A stretch of 64,000 bases of DNA from an uncultured Acidimicrobiaceae bacterium (GTDB taxonomy: Bacteria > Actinomycetota > Acidimicrobiia > Acidimicrobiales > RAAP-2), in NCBI GenBank assembly GCA_963845485.1, contig CAWJSI010000002.1, positions 8,440 to 72,439 of the forward strand, written 5' to 3'. The position numbers and the translations under genes were made by a program. Shown here in pieces: positions 35,774 through 45,161 of the stretch (position 1 is its first letter; each line of letters starts with the position of its first letter). The notes beneath the pieces were generated by a model. That model worked only from the letters and a program-made list of their open reading frames with translations, was not told the origin of the DNA and searched no databases.

Positions 35774-37132
35774 ATGGACCGGAGCCGACTGGCGTCGTTG
35801 CTCGACGAGGAGCGCCAACTGCACCACTCCAGAAACCCGCGGTCCTACCAACAGTTCGCCGGGGCCCACCACCTCTTCACCGGGGTGCCCATGACCTGGA
35901 TGGCCACCTGGGCGGGTGGATTCCCCCTGGCCCTCGACCGAGCCGACGGGGCACGGGTGACCGACATCGACGGTCACACCTATGTGGACTTCGCCCTCGG
36001 TGACACCGGTGCCATGGCCGGCCACTCCCCCCGTCCCGTGGTCGAAGCAGTGCGGCGGCGCATCGAGACGCTGGGAGGGATCACCGCCATGCTCCCGAGC
36101 GAGGACGCCGAGTGGGTGGCGGCCGAGCTCAGCCGCCGATTCGGGATGACCCAGTGGTCGTTCGCCCTGAGCGCCACGGACGCCAACCGGTGGGCCCTGC
36201 GCCTGGCCCGGCTGGCCACCGGGCGCGCCCAGGTGGCTGTCTTCTCCTACTGCTATCACGGGAGTGTCGACGAGACCTTCGTGGTGCTCGCACCGGACGG
36301 CACCACCGTCTCCCGGCCCGGCAACGTGGCCCCGGCCGTCGATCCCGCCGTGACCACGGTGGCGGTGGAGTTCAACGACCTCGACGCCCTGGCCCGGGTC
36401 CTGCGCACGGGGCGCATCGCCGCGGTGCTGTGTGAGCCCGCCCTCACCAACATCGGTATCGTCCTGCCCCAAGCGGGCTTCCACGCCGGGCTCCGGGACC
36501 TCTGCGACGAGACCGGCACGCTGCTGATGATCGATGAGACCCACACCTTCTCGGCCGGTCCCGGCGGTGCCACCAGGGCCTGGGGTCTCCGCCCGGACAT
36601 CGTCACCATCGGCAAGGCCATCGCCGGAGGGATCCCCATCGGCGCCTTCGGTCTCAGTGAGCAGCTGGCCCAGGGGCTGCTGGCCCGAATCGGCGACGAC
36701 GGCGCCGACATCGTCGACGTGGGTGGCGTGGGCGGGACCCTCGCCGGCAACGCCCTCAGCACGGCGGCAGCCCGGGCCACCCTCGAGCACGTGTTGACCG
36801 CCGAAGCCTTCGACACCATGTCGGAGCTGTCCCGGCACCTGGCCGACCAGATGGAAGAGGCCATCGCCTCCCACGGCTTGGACTGGTCGGTGTCGCGGCT
36901 CGGCGCACGCTCCGAGTACCGGTTCTGCTCTCCGGCCCCCGTGAACGGCACCGAGTCGGCGCGGTCCGAGGACGTCGAGTTGAACGAGTTCCTCCACCTC
37001 TACCTGTCCAACCGGGGCGTGCTGATCACCCCGTTCCACAACATGGTCCTGACGTGCCCCGACACCACGATGGCCGACGTCGTCCGGCACGGCGAGCTCT
37101 TCGCCGCCGCGCTGGGCGCCCTCGTCGGATGA
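35774..37132 (+). CDS. Class-III (GSA-aminomutase-like) PLP-dependent aminotransferase
   Basis: 452 aa. DIVTIGKAIAGGIPIGAF (PLP-Lys region), LMIDETHTF and YHGS. Confidence 0.85.
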   Translation: MDRSRLASLLDEERQLHHSRNPRSYQQFAGAHHLFTGVPMTWMATWAGGFPLALDRADGARVTDIDGHTYVDFALGDTGAMAGHSPRPVVEAVRRRIETLGGITAMLPSEDAEWVAAELSRRFGMTQWSFALSATDANRWALRLARLATGRAQVAVFSYCYHGSVDETFVVLAPDGTTVSRPGNVAPAVDPAVTTVAVEFNDLDALARVLRTGRIAAVLCEPALTNIGIVLPQAGFHAGLRDLCDETGTLLMIDETHTFSAGPGGATRAWGLRPDIVTIGKAIAGGIPIGAFGLSEQLAQGLLARIGDDGADIVDVGGVGGTLAGNALSTAAARATLEHVLTAEAFDTMSELSRHLADQMEEAIASHGLDWSVSRLGARSEYRFCSPAPVNGTESARSEDVELNEFLHLYLSNRGVLITPFHNMVLTCPDTTMADVVRHGELFAAALGALVG

Positions 37133-37244
37133 CCCACGGGGTTCGCTAACCTCGGCCCCACTCAGGGACAGGGCCGGGCGTTCGACCCCCACGACTCCCC
37201 TCTCGAAGGCCCCGAGCAGCGGACGCGGGAGGGCGAGGAGGGCG

Positions 37245-38675
37245 ATGAGAAGTGGGCGGGGCCGATCACCGGCCCGGGTGACCGCGTCGTCAGCGGTGGG
37301 TGGGTTGGGCTGGTGCGCCTTTGCCGTCTATCTCGTGGTGCAGGCCCGGTTGGGCCCGGTGCTCATCTGGACCGACTCCAAGGCCTACGCCAGGGTGGCG
37401 CGGGCCGGGTTCTCCTCCCGGGCCCTGTGGGCAGGGGCCCGGCCCCCGCTGACGCCGCTGGTCCTGAAGCTGGCCGGGAGCCCGACGGCGTTCGTGACGG
37501 TGCAGGCGGCGGTGGCCGCGGTGGCCTGGGGGGTGCTGGCCTGGACGGTGGGCCGGCTGGTGGCACCCGGCTGGCGTCGGACCGTGGCCGCACTGCTCAT
37601 CCTCGGGTTCGCCACCACCCTCCCCGTCACCCAGTGGAACCGGTCCGAACTGTCCGAGTCCCTCTCCCTCTCCCTCCTGGCGCTGGTGGTGGCCGGCTTC
37701 ATCTGGACGTCGCGGACGCCGACATGGCCCCGGGTGGCGGCCACGGCAACGGCCTGCCTGGCCTTCGCCGCCACCCGGGACGCCCAGGTGTGGACGGTCG
37801 GGTTCTTCGCCCTGGCCGCCGGGGTCTTCGCCCTCACCCGGGTCAGATCCGACCGGGGCCGGGCGTTCCGCGCCACCGTGCTGGCCGCGTCGTTGGTGGG
37901 CGTGGTCGTCCTCTGCGAGTGGGGCACCCTCGCCTCCCAGCGGACCACGTCGGACACCGCGGACGTCTTCTTCGTCCGGGTCTTCCCCTACCCCGACCGG
38001 GTGGCCTGGTTCGCCGCCCGGGGCATGCCCGAGCAGCGCCTCATCGACGAGCTGGCCCGCCAGGCCCCCGCATCGTCGTCCGTGGCCAAGATCGTCGGGG
38101 TCAATCTGTCTGACCCGGCGTTCGCCCCGCTTCGCCGGTGGCTGGCCCACGACGGCGGGCGGAGCTACCTCCACTTCCTCGTCTCCCACCCCTGGTATGT
38201 GGTGAGCGAGCCGCTCCTCCGGCCCGAACGAGCCTTCAACTCCGCCCAGGGCGATCTGGCCTTCTACGCCCCGACCACCCATACCGCCCGATCACCTCTG
38301 ACCCCGGCCCTCTGGCCGCCACTTCTCATCCTTCTGGTCATGGCCGCGCTGGCTCTCTACCTCGGGATCGCCACCGAGGCCACCGGCACCGATCCATGGC
38401 GGATGGTGGTGGTGCTCACCCTGGTCGGGGTGGCCGCCATGCTGGTGGCCTGGCACGGCGACGGCCAGGAGGTGACCCGGCACACCGTCGAGGGCTTCGC
38501 CGAGGTCCGTCTCGGGATATGGATCCTCTTCGTCATGGGACTGTCGCGCCTACCCCTGCTCCGAGCGGCCCGGCCGGCGGTGGAGGAGACCCCCAGCCCA
38601 CCGCCAGTCGAGGACGAGGGCGGCGTTGCCGTGTTGACCCCCCCATCCGAAGACGACCCATCCGCCGGTCCCTGA
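37245..38675 (+). CDS. Polytopic membrane protein of unknown function
   Basis: About 9-10 TM helices, a central soluble loop (FVRVFPYPDRVAWFAARGMPEQRLIDEL...) and an acidic Pro-rich tail. High-GC codon pattern. Confidence 0.65.
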   Translation: MRSGRGRSPARVTASSAVGGLGWCAFAVYLVVQARLGPVLIWTDSKAYARVARAGFSSRALWAGARPPLTPLVLKLAGSPTAFVTVQAAVAAVAWGVLAWTVGRLVAPGWRRTVAALLILGFATTLPVTQWNRSELSESLSLSLLALVVAGFIWTSRTPTWPRVAATATACLAFAATRDAQVWTVGFFALAAGVFALTRVRSDRGRAFRATVLAASLVGVVVLCEWGTLASQRTTSDTADVFFVRVFPYPDRVAWFAARGMPEQRLIDELARQAPASSSVAKIVGVNLSDPAFAPLRRWLAHDGGRSYLHFLVSHPWYVVSEPLLRPERAFNSAQGDLAFYAPTTHTARSPLTPALWPPLLILLVMAALALYLGIATEATGTDPWRMVVVLTLVGVAAMLVAWHGDGQEVTRHTVEGFAEVRLGIWILFVMGLSRLPLLRAARPAVEETPSPPPVEDEGGVAVLTPPSEDDPSAGP

Positions 38676-38985
38676 CCGGGGCCATTGCCGGGTCCGGCCC
38701 AGGCCAATCCATCAACCATTGGTCGAATGAGCGGTGCTCCGGGACCGTCCATTCGATGACAATTGGCCCTTCAGGACACCCACCGGCAGCCGGACGGATG
38801 GCTTGAACCCCGGCAGTAATACCGCTCAGCGTGGTTAGCCCACTACGAAACGGGCAAAAAGGAACGGCTCTGGGAACACCGACATCTACCAAATCGAGGC
38901 ACCGGGTTTTGCACTCCGTGTGAACTTTTGTGGGGAAGTTTTCGTTGCGATAACTTGCGCGACACCTACCGATGAACGGGGCGGC

Positions 38986-41766
38986 ATGAAAAAGCGGGCT
39001 TCGCTCGGCGTTGTGATGGGAGTGGTCGTCCTGGTCGGGGCGGTGTCATCGGTCGTCGTCATGAGGGCGGCGTCGGCCGACAGTCCCCTCCCCGTAGCGC
39101 CCTACAGCGGCTTCAATCCCGCGCTCACCCGGGCCCCCTACGTGACCGATCTCACCCAGACCTCGGCCTCGATCAACTGGGCCACCAACTCGCCGACGGC
39201 CGGCTCGGTGCTCGCCACGCCGACCGTGGCCGACTCGTCGTGTTCGGCCGCCGTGACCAGCTGGACCGGGTCGGCCGCCGTGGCCCCCTCGTCGCTCCCG
39301 GCCCCGGTCAATCCCGTGAGTGCGGTTCCCTCGCCCAGCCTCACCAGCCGTGAGTTCACGGTGAACGCCGTCTCGGAGTTCCAGTCCTCGGTCGACCTGA
39401 CCGGCCTGGCCCCGGGCACGCAGTACTGCTACTCGGTCTTCTCGAGCGACCGGCCCGGAGCGGTCAATCTCCTGCCCGCCGCCCAGCCCTTCCAGTTGTT
39501 CACCACGCTCAGCCCGTCGAGTGCCCAGTCGTCGGCGCCGGTGACCTTCGACGTGACCGATGACACCGGCGAGAACTACTACTTCACCAGTCAGGACGCC
39601 ACGACCGACATCCCCTTCCCCGGTGGGGTGAACCCCGACCAGGCATCCCTCGACCACCAGATCGGCCTCTCGGGGGCCAACTTCCTTCTTTCGGTAGGCG
39701 ACATCGCCTACAGCGGGACCACCCAGACGACCTTCGGCGACCTCCAACAGACCGGCACCCAACCCGAGGTGAGCAACATCTTCGGGCCGTCCTACCTGCC
39801 CCAGACCGGCGGCGTCCCCATCTTCTCGGGTCCGGGAGACCACGGCCAGAACATCAATCCCCTGAAGGTCTTCCCGAACGCCAACACGGCCACCGCCTCG
39901 GGGGGGACCTACGCCTACGACAGCTACTCGGGCATCGACGGGGTGGCCGGTGACTCCCCGGACAACTGGTACGCCTTTTCCACCTCGGATGTCCGGGTCT
40001 ACGTGCTCGACGGCGCCTGGTCGGACTCGGTGGCCAACAAGCTGGGCACGACCACGGGGGCACTGTGCGGAACGCCCGGCACTAGTCCCGCCGTCTACTG
40101 CGAGCCCTACCAGGCCGACGCCGACGAGCACTGGCAGGCCTCCTCGCCCGAGTACAAGTGGCTCCAGGCCGACCTCGCCCAGCACCCCGGGGGCGTCAAG
40201 GTGGCCATGTTCCACTATCCCCTGCGCTCGGACAACGCCACCCAACCCTCGGACCCGTACCTGCAGAACAGCCCGGCCAATCCCGCCGCCTCCACCAGCC
40301 TCGAGGCCCTCCTGGCCGCCAACGGCGTGAAGCTGGCCTTCAACGGGCACGCCCACATCTACCAGCGGACCGTCCCCAACGGGGCCGGAACGATCACCAA
40401 CTACGTGACCGGAGGCGGGGGCGGCGTCCTCGAACCCGTGCTGGGCGGAGCCACCTGCCAGGCCCTGACCCATGGGACGGCGCCACCGGACAAGGACGTC
40501 TACGCGCTGGGCTGGAACCCCACCCACGCCACGGGCAGCGCGTGCAGCACCAACAACACCGCTCCCACGCCCACGGCGGCCGCCGATGTCTACAGCTTCT
40601 TGAAGGTGACGGTGCAGGGCACCACGGTGACGGTCACGCCGACCAACGCGGCAGGAGGCACCTTCGACGTCCAGACCTACACCTACCCGACGGCCGGTGG
40701 CCCCTCGACGCCGTCCGGCGTGACGGCGGCGGTCACCTCCCCCACCTCGGTGCAGTTGCGCTGGAACCCCTCCACCGAGGCCGGCGGCTCCATCGCCTCG
40801 TACCGCATCGACCGGAACGGTTCGACCCTGGCCACGGTCGGGGCCTCGACCACAACCTTCACCGACGAGACGGCCGCGGTGGGCACGACCTACTCCTACT
40901 CTGTGGCCGCCGTGGACGGGAGCGGTACGCCGTCGTGGCCGGGACAGGCCAACCAGGTGACCACACCCGACCCCACCGAGTCGGGCGCCTCGGGTCCGGG
41001 CCAACCCGGGTGCAGCGACAGCCTCCCGTCCGGATCGGTCGTGGGGGCGGCCGCCCTCGACGACGGCTCGGGCTACTTCGAAGTAGACCGGTCCGGTGAC
41101 GTGGCGGCCTTCGGTGCCGCCGTCTGTTATGGCGGACTGAGTGGGACCCATCTCAACCAGCCCATCGTGGGCATGGCCGTCGATCCGAGCACCGGTGGCT
41201 ACTGGCTGGTGGCCAGCGACGGCGGGGTCTTCTCGTTCAACGCCCCCTTCCAGGGATCGACCGGCGCCATCCGGCTGAACAAGCCCATCGTGGGCGTGGG
41301 AGCCACCCCCGACGGCTCGGGCTACTGGCTGGTGGCCAGCGACGGCGGGATCTTCTCGTTCAACGCCCCGTTCTACGGCGGCACCGGGCTCATGAAGCTC
41401 AACAAGCCCGTCGTGGGCATGGCCGTCGACCGGAGCACGGGTGGCTACTGGCTGGTGGCCAGTGACGGCGGGGTGTTCAACTTCCACGCTCCCTTCGACG
41501 GTGCCACCGGCGGCATGAGACTCAACCAGCCCATCGTGGGCATCGATCCCACCGCGGATGGGAACGGCTACCGACTGGTGGCGGCGGACGGCGGGGTGTT
41601 CACCGGCTTCAACACGCCCTTCTACGGTGGGACCGGCCTCATCCGGTTGAATAGGCCCATCGTCACCACCATCAACGACAACGCCGGAAACGGCTACTGG
41701 CTGGTGGCCAGCGACGGCGGGGTGTTCTCCTTCCACGCCCCCTTCTACGGCTCGGCAGCCGCCTAG
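38986..41766 (+). CDS. Secreted metallophosphoesterase (purple-acid-phosphatase-like) - FN3 - six 'GYWLVASDGGVF' repeats
   Basis: ATG 38986 (MKKRASLGVVMGVVVLVGAVS... signal). PAP-N-like PYVTDLTQTSASINWAT. Metallophosphatase motifs VTDDTGEN, VGDIAYSG, GPGDHGQN, MFHYP and NGHAHIYQR. FN3 segment PSGVTAAVTSPTSVQLRWNPS...YSYSVAAVDGSG. C-terminal repeats as in 21594..23522. Confidence 0.85.
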   Translation: MKKRASLGVVMGVVVLVGAVSSVVVMRAASADSPLPVAPYSGFNPALTRAPYVTDLTQTSASINWATNSPTAGSVLATPTVADSSCSAAVTSWTGSAAVAPSSLPAPVNPVSAVPSPSLTSREFTVNAVSEFQSSVDLTGLAPGTQYCYSVFSSDRPGAVNLLPAAQPFQLFTTLSPSSAQSSAPVTFDVTDDTGENYYFTSQDATTDIPFPGGVNPDQASLDHQIGLSGANFLLSVGDIAYSGTTQTTFGDLQQTGTQPEVSNIFGPSYLPQTGGVPIFSGPGDHGQNINPLKVFPNANTATASGGTYAYDSYSGIDGVAGDSPDNWYAFSTSDVRVYVLDGAWSDSVANKLGTTTGALCGTPGTSPAVYCEPYQADADEHWQASSPEYKWLQADLAQHPGGVKVAMFHYPLRSDNATQPSDPYLQNSPANPAASTSLEALLAANGVKLAFNGHAHIYQRTVPNGAGTITNYVTGGGGGVLEPVLGGATCQALTHGTAPPDKDVYALGWNPTHATGSACSTNNTAPTPTAAADVYSFLKVTVQGTTVTVTPTNAAGGTFDVQTYTYPTAGGPSTPSGVTAAVTSPTSVQLRWNPSTEAGGSIASYRIDRNGSTLATVGASTTTFTDETAAVGTTYSYSVAAVDGSGTPSWPGQANQVTTPDPTESGASGPGQPGCSDSLPSGSVVGAAALDDGSGYFEVDRSGDVAAFGAAVCYGGLSGTHLNQPIVGMAVDPSTGGYWLVASDGGVFSFNAPFQGSTGAIRLNKPIVGVGATPDGSGYWLVASDGGIFSFNAPFYGGTGLMKLNKPVVGMAVDRSTGGYWLVASDGGVFNFHAPFDGATGGMRLNQPIVGIDPTADGNGYRLVAADGGVFTGFNTPFYGGTGLIRLNRPIVTTINDNAGNGYWLVASDGGVFSFHAPFYGSAAA
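41038..41763 (+). repeat. In-frame tandem coding repeat, about 123 nt x 6 (same family as 22782..23519)
   Basis: Units read LN.PIVG....P.G.GYWLVASDGGVFSF.APF.G.TG. The same repeat type closes the C-terminus of both proteins. Confidence 0.8.
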
Positions 41767-41902
41767 CACCGGCGATCCACCACCTGGCGGGCAGGGCATC
41801 TTCACTGCCAGCGTCGAGCGAGTGGCGGTGAGCGCGATTCTCGGAGCGCCGGGATAAATCTCGGCACAATGGTGGCGTGAGGGATGACGAGGGGCGCAGG
41901 GC

Positions 41903-42298
41903 ATGAGGCACGGACGGCGATCGCTCGAACGCTGGCTGGCCGAGGCCTGGCCGTTGGTGCGTTCGTTGATGGAGGCCGAGGACCGGCTCATCTCGGCGTC
42001 CGAGGCGCCGGCCGTCCTGGTCCTCGCCGCCTGCGACCAGCTGAACGCCACGCTGGCCCACGCCGAACGGTGGCTCGACTCACGCCGCTGCCCGGATGAC
42101 AACTTCGGGCTGCAGTTCCGGGAGCTGATCGCGGCGTGCAAGGGCCTCTCGGCCATCATGCAGACGGTGACGCGGGAGGCTCCCGAGGGAGGATGGGTCG
42201 ACCGTCGGGAGATCGCCGACCGCATCGGTGAGAACTTCATGGACCGCGTCCAGCAGGCCTCACGGGCCCGCCTCTATCTCCAGCAGTGGAGTACCTGA
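41903..42298 (+). CDS. Hypothetical protein (131 aa, helical)
   Basis: Non-repetitive, balanced composition (…LERWLAEAWPLVRSLMEAEDRLISASEAP…RARLYLQQWST). No family recognised. Confidence 0.5.
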   Translation: MRHGRRSLERWLAEAWPLVRSLMEAEDRLISASEAPAVLVLAACDQLNATLAHAERWLDSRRCPDDNFGLQFRELIAACKGLSAIMQTVTREAPEGGWVDRREIADRIGENFMDRVQQASRARLYLQQWST

Positions 42299-42469
42299 CC
42301 CCTCCCCGTCCCACCGATGTCGAGACGTCGGGGTGTCGCCTACCGCCGGGTCGCCTCACTCCATCCGAGCAGAGGAACGGCGACATCGGGTAGTCCCGAA
42401 GCCCACTTCGCCCAGTCCGTGCACCAATCATCCCCGGCTGATAACCGCGGCCCGGGGTAATCTCACGCC

Positions 42470-43057
42470 GTGGCCATGACCCCCGTAGCTCCGGCGCCCG
42501 TGCCCTCGTCCGATCCCCCATCGACCGGCCCGCTCCCCCGGTGGGTCCTGCCGGTGGTCATCGCTTCGATCGTCCTCGGCCTGGCCGGTCTCGGGACCGG
42601 GATCTACGCCATCACCAAGATTCCGCCCAAGGTCTCGGGCCCTACCGGTCGGACCGGTGAGACGGGACCGGCGGGACCGGCGGGACCGGCCGGGCCTGCC
42701 GGCGTCGCTGGACCGGTAGGTCCGGCGGGCCAGCCGGGCACCGTGGTCGGCGGATCCGTCGTCACCGGACCGGCCATGGCCACAGCGGCGGGTGCGGCCG
42801 TCGGTACCCAACTGGTGGGCAAGGTGACGTGTCCGGCCGGCAAGGTCGTGCTCAGCGGAGGGGCACAGATCTCGGCCTCGGTGCCGGGCAGCGCCGTCGC
42901 CCTCCGATCCTCCTTCCCGGTCAGCACGACGAGCTGGCAGGTGGTCGGCGTGGTGAGCGCCACGCTGCCCGTTGGCGCGGTCATGGACATGACGCCATTC
43001 GCCCTCTGCGGCGACAGCGTCCCCAAAGAGACCACCACCACGACCACCAAGCCCTGA
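42470..43057 (+). CDS. Membrane-anchored collagen-like (G-X-Y) repeat protein with a Cys-containing globular C-domain
   Basis: Pro-rich N-terminus and one TM helix (WVLPVVIASIVLGLAGLGTGIYAI). Then 11 uninterrupted G-X-Y triplets, a beta-rich domain with two Cys (VTCPAGKVVLSGG...FALCGD), and a TTTTTTKP tail. Confidence 0.7.
   Translation: MAMTPVAPAPVPSSDPPSTGPLPRWVLPVVIASIVLGLAGLGTGIYAITKIPPKVSGPTGRTGETGPAGPAGPAGPAGVAGPVGPAGQPGTVVGGSVVTGPAMATAAGAAVGTQLVGKVTCPAGKVVLSGGAQISASVPGSAVALRSSFPVSTTSWQVVGVVSATLPVGAVMDMTPFALCGDSVPKETTTTTTKP
42638..42739 (+). repeat. Collagen-like G-X-Y tract (11 triplets)
   Basis: GPTGRTGETGPAGPAGPAGPAGVAGPVGPAGQPG. The DNA contains tandem ggaccggcg units. Confidence 0.85.
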
Positions 43058-43062
43058 GTACC

Positions 43063-43081
43063 GGTCGCCTCCACGGCGACC
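43063..43081. terminator. Hairpin between convergent genes (possible terminator)
   Basis: GGTCGCC-TCCAC-GGCGACC is a perfect 7-bp stem, but there is no U-tract on either side. Confidence 0.3.
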
Positions 43082-43104
43082 AATGGGCACTCAGCTCCGG
43101 TCAG

Positions 43105-44133
43105 TCATGAGGGCGCGCGTGTCGCGCCATCGGCCAGCCGTCGGATGATGACTGCGGCCGGGTCGGTGGTGATCCCCCGCCAACCCGTGCCTGCCCACAG
43201 GTTGGGCACCGAAGGGTCTCCGGCGCGGGTGGCCGCAGCCCGCAGGGGACGGGTCAGGTGGTGCACCTCGGGATAGGCCTGGGGCGCCTGCCCGTCGTGG
43301 GCCATGGCGAACTCGTTGGCCAGCCCCCGGGCCAAGCGTCCGCTGAAGGCACGGGTGACGATCGTGTCGGGGTAGCGACCGTCGAGCAGTGCGGCCCGGT
43401 AGGGCGACGAGGTCCCCGCCTCGGGGGTACAGAGGAGGGCCGTCCCGATCTGGACGGCGCTGGCGCCGGCGGTCAGCGCCTCGGCGGCGTCGTTGCCCGT
43501 CATGATTCCGCCCGCTCCGATGAGGGGAACGTCGGTGACCGCGGCGATGGCGGCGAGTAGGAGCCGGAGGGGGCGCTGGTTGGGGCCGAGGTCGATGAAG
43601 CAGCCCTGGTGGCCACCGGCCTCGGTCCCCTGCACGGCCAATACGTCGCTGCCGACGTCAGCTGCCGCGTGCGCCTCGGCCACCGACGTCACCGTCACGG
43701 CCACCCGGCAGCCGGTGGCGTGCAGGCGGTCGACGGCCTCGGCGGTCGGACAGCCGAAGGTGAAACTGACCACATCGATCCGGGCCGATCCGACCACCTC
43801 CAGCTTGGCCGGGTAGGCGTCGTCGTCCCAGTGCGGCTCGCCCAGCGCCACGCCCAGACGCTCGGCCTCGGATTCGAGCTCGCCGGCGTATCGGGCCACC
43901 GCGGCGGAGTCACCCGCCTTCGAGGGTACGAAGAGGTTGACCCCGAAGGGGGCATCGGTCAGGGACCGGGTGGCGGCGATCTCGGAGGCCAGTTGATCGG
44001 GCGTCTGGTACCCGGCAGCCAGGAAGCCGTACCCGCCGGCGTTGGACACCGCGGCGGCCAGAGCCGGAGTCGAAGGGCCGCCGGCCATGGGGGCCTGCAC
44101 GACGGGAAGCTCACTCAAGAGCCCCGGGATCAT
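43105..44133 (-). CDS. Nitronate monooxygenase (NMO / 2-nitropropane dioxygenase family)
   Basis: ATG 44133 overlaps the purU stop (ATGA). Contains LPVVQAPMAGGPST, GAGGIMTG and a FMN TIM-barrel pattern. The upstream 104 codons of ORF 43105..44445 are rejected. Confidence 0.85.
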   Translation of the reverse strand: MIPGLLSELPVVQAPMAGGPSTPALAAAVSNAGGYGFLAAGYQTPDQLASEIAATRSLTDAPFGVNLFVPSKAGDSAAVARYAGELESEAERLGVALGEPHWDDDAYPAKLEVVGSARIDVVSFTFGCPTAEAVDRLHATGCRVAVTVTSVAEAHAAADVGSDVLAVQGTEAGGHQGCFIDLGPNQRPLRLLLAAIAAVTDVPLIGAGGIMTGNDAAEALTAGASAVQIGTALLCTPEAGTSSPYRAALLDGRYPDTIVTRAFSGRLARGLANEFAMAHDGQAPQAYPEVHHLTRPLRAAATRAGDPSVPNLWAGTGWRGITTDPAAVIIRRLADGATRAPS

Positions 44134-44981
44134 CCGAAGACGACGGTCTTGTTCCCGTTGAGCAGCACCCGGTCCTCCAGGTGCCACCGGAGACCGCGCA
44201 CCAGCACCGAGCGTTCGATGTCCCGACCGATGCGGAGCAGCTCTTCCACACTGTCGGCGTGGTCGATCCGGATCGTGTCCTGCTCGATGATGGGACCGGC
44301 ATCCAGGGTGGTAGTGACGTAGTGGCAGGTGGCCCCGATCAGCTTCACCCCCCGTTCGAAAGCCTGGTGGTAGGGCCGGGCTCCGGCGAACGAGGGCAGA
44401 AAGCTGTGGTGGATGTTGATGATCCGGCCGGGATAGCGCTCGCACACTGTCGGAGGAAGAATCTGCATGAAGCGGGCCAGCACCATCACGTCACCGTCGA
44501 CGGCATCGAACCGGGACACGATCTCGTCGAATGCCTCCGCCTTGGCCCCTTGCTCGAAAGGCACGTGGCGGAACTCGATGCCGTACCACTCGACGAGTGG
44601 TCGGAGGTCGGGATGGTTGGCCATGACGAGCGGGATGTCGCAGGCCAGGTCTCCGCTACGCCAGCGGTGGAGCATGTCGGCCAGGCAGTGGTCCTCCTTG
44701 CTGGCCAATACCACGACCGTGCGGCGTTCCTCGGTGTCCCGCAAGTGCCAGGTCAGGTCGTACTCCCGAGCCACATCGGCGAACCGCCGGGCGAACTCGT
44801 CCCCGTCGAAGGGGAGGCTCTCGGCCAGGATCTCGATGCGCTGGAAGAACCTTCCCGAGGTCAGGTCGCTGTGCTGGGCTGCCTCGACCACCCATCCGCC
44901 GTGAGTGGCGATGAACCCGGTGACGGCGGCCACGATGCCGGTGCCGTCGGGACAGGTGACCGTGAGTACGAAGCGACGCAT
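44130..44981 (-). CDS. purU: Formyltetrahydrofolate deformylase
   Basis: ACT-like N-terminus (RFVLTVTCPDGTGIVAAVTGFI), then a formyltransferase core INIHHSFLPSFAGARPYHQA. The start could be 45011. Confidence 0.9.
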   Translation of the reverse strand: MRRFVLTVTCPDGTGIVAAVTGFIATHGGWVVEAAQHSDLTSGRFFQRIEILAESLPFDGDEFARRFADVAREYDLTWHLRDTEERRTVVVLASKEDHCLADMLHRWRSGDLACDIPLVMANHPDLRPLVEWYGIEFRHVPFEQGAKAEAFDEIVSRFDAVDGDVMVLARFMQILPPTVCERYPGRIINIHHSFLPSFAGARPYHQAFERGVKLIGATCHYVTTTLDAGPIIEQDTIRIDHADSVEELLRIGRDIERSVLVRGLRWHLEDRVLLNGNKTVVFG

Positions 44982-45161
44982 CTGCCAATACTTGTCGACT
45001 TTGGGCACCATCGCGATGCGGGGGTCGCCACGACCCTCCTCGCCCCTGGCACACTCCAGCGCCGTTCCGACACCGGAGGAGCCCGCCAGCCCCGCCCATC
45101 ACCACCACGCTGGCCAGGTGAGATGGGCTGAAGGGCCCGGCCGTCGGACGGTCGGGAACCG

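Noticed and set aside
38676-38985. Lower-GC 300-nt spacer upstream of the metallophosphatase gene, examined for riboswitch cores (cobalamin, TPP, c-di-GMP).
   Set aside because: I could not find any conserved core motif of these classes. It needs a covariance-model scan rather than inspection by eye.
39046-42240. 1064-aa minus-strand ORF, the longest in the window.
   Set aside because: It is antisense to the well-supported metallophosphatase/FN3/repeat gene. Its composition is dominated by Gly/Arg/His/Val/Pro with no motifs, as expected for a stop-poor shadow frame in about 70% GC DNA.
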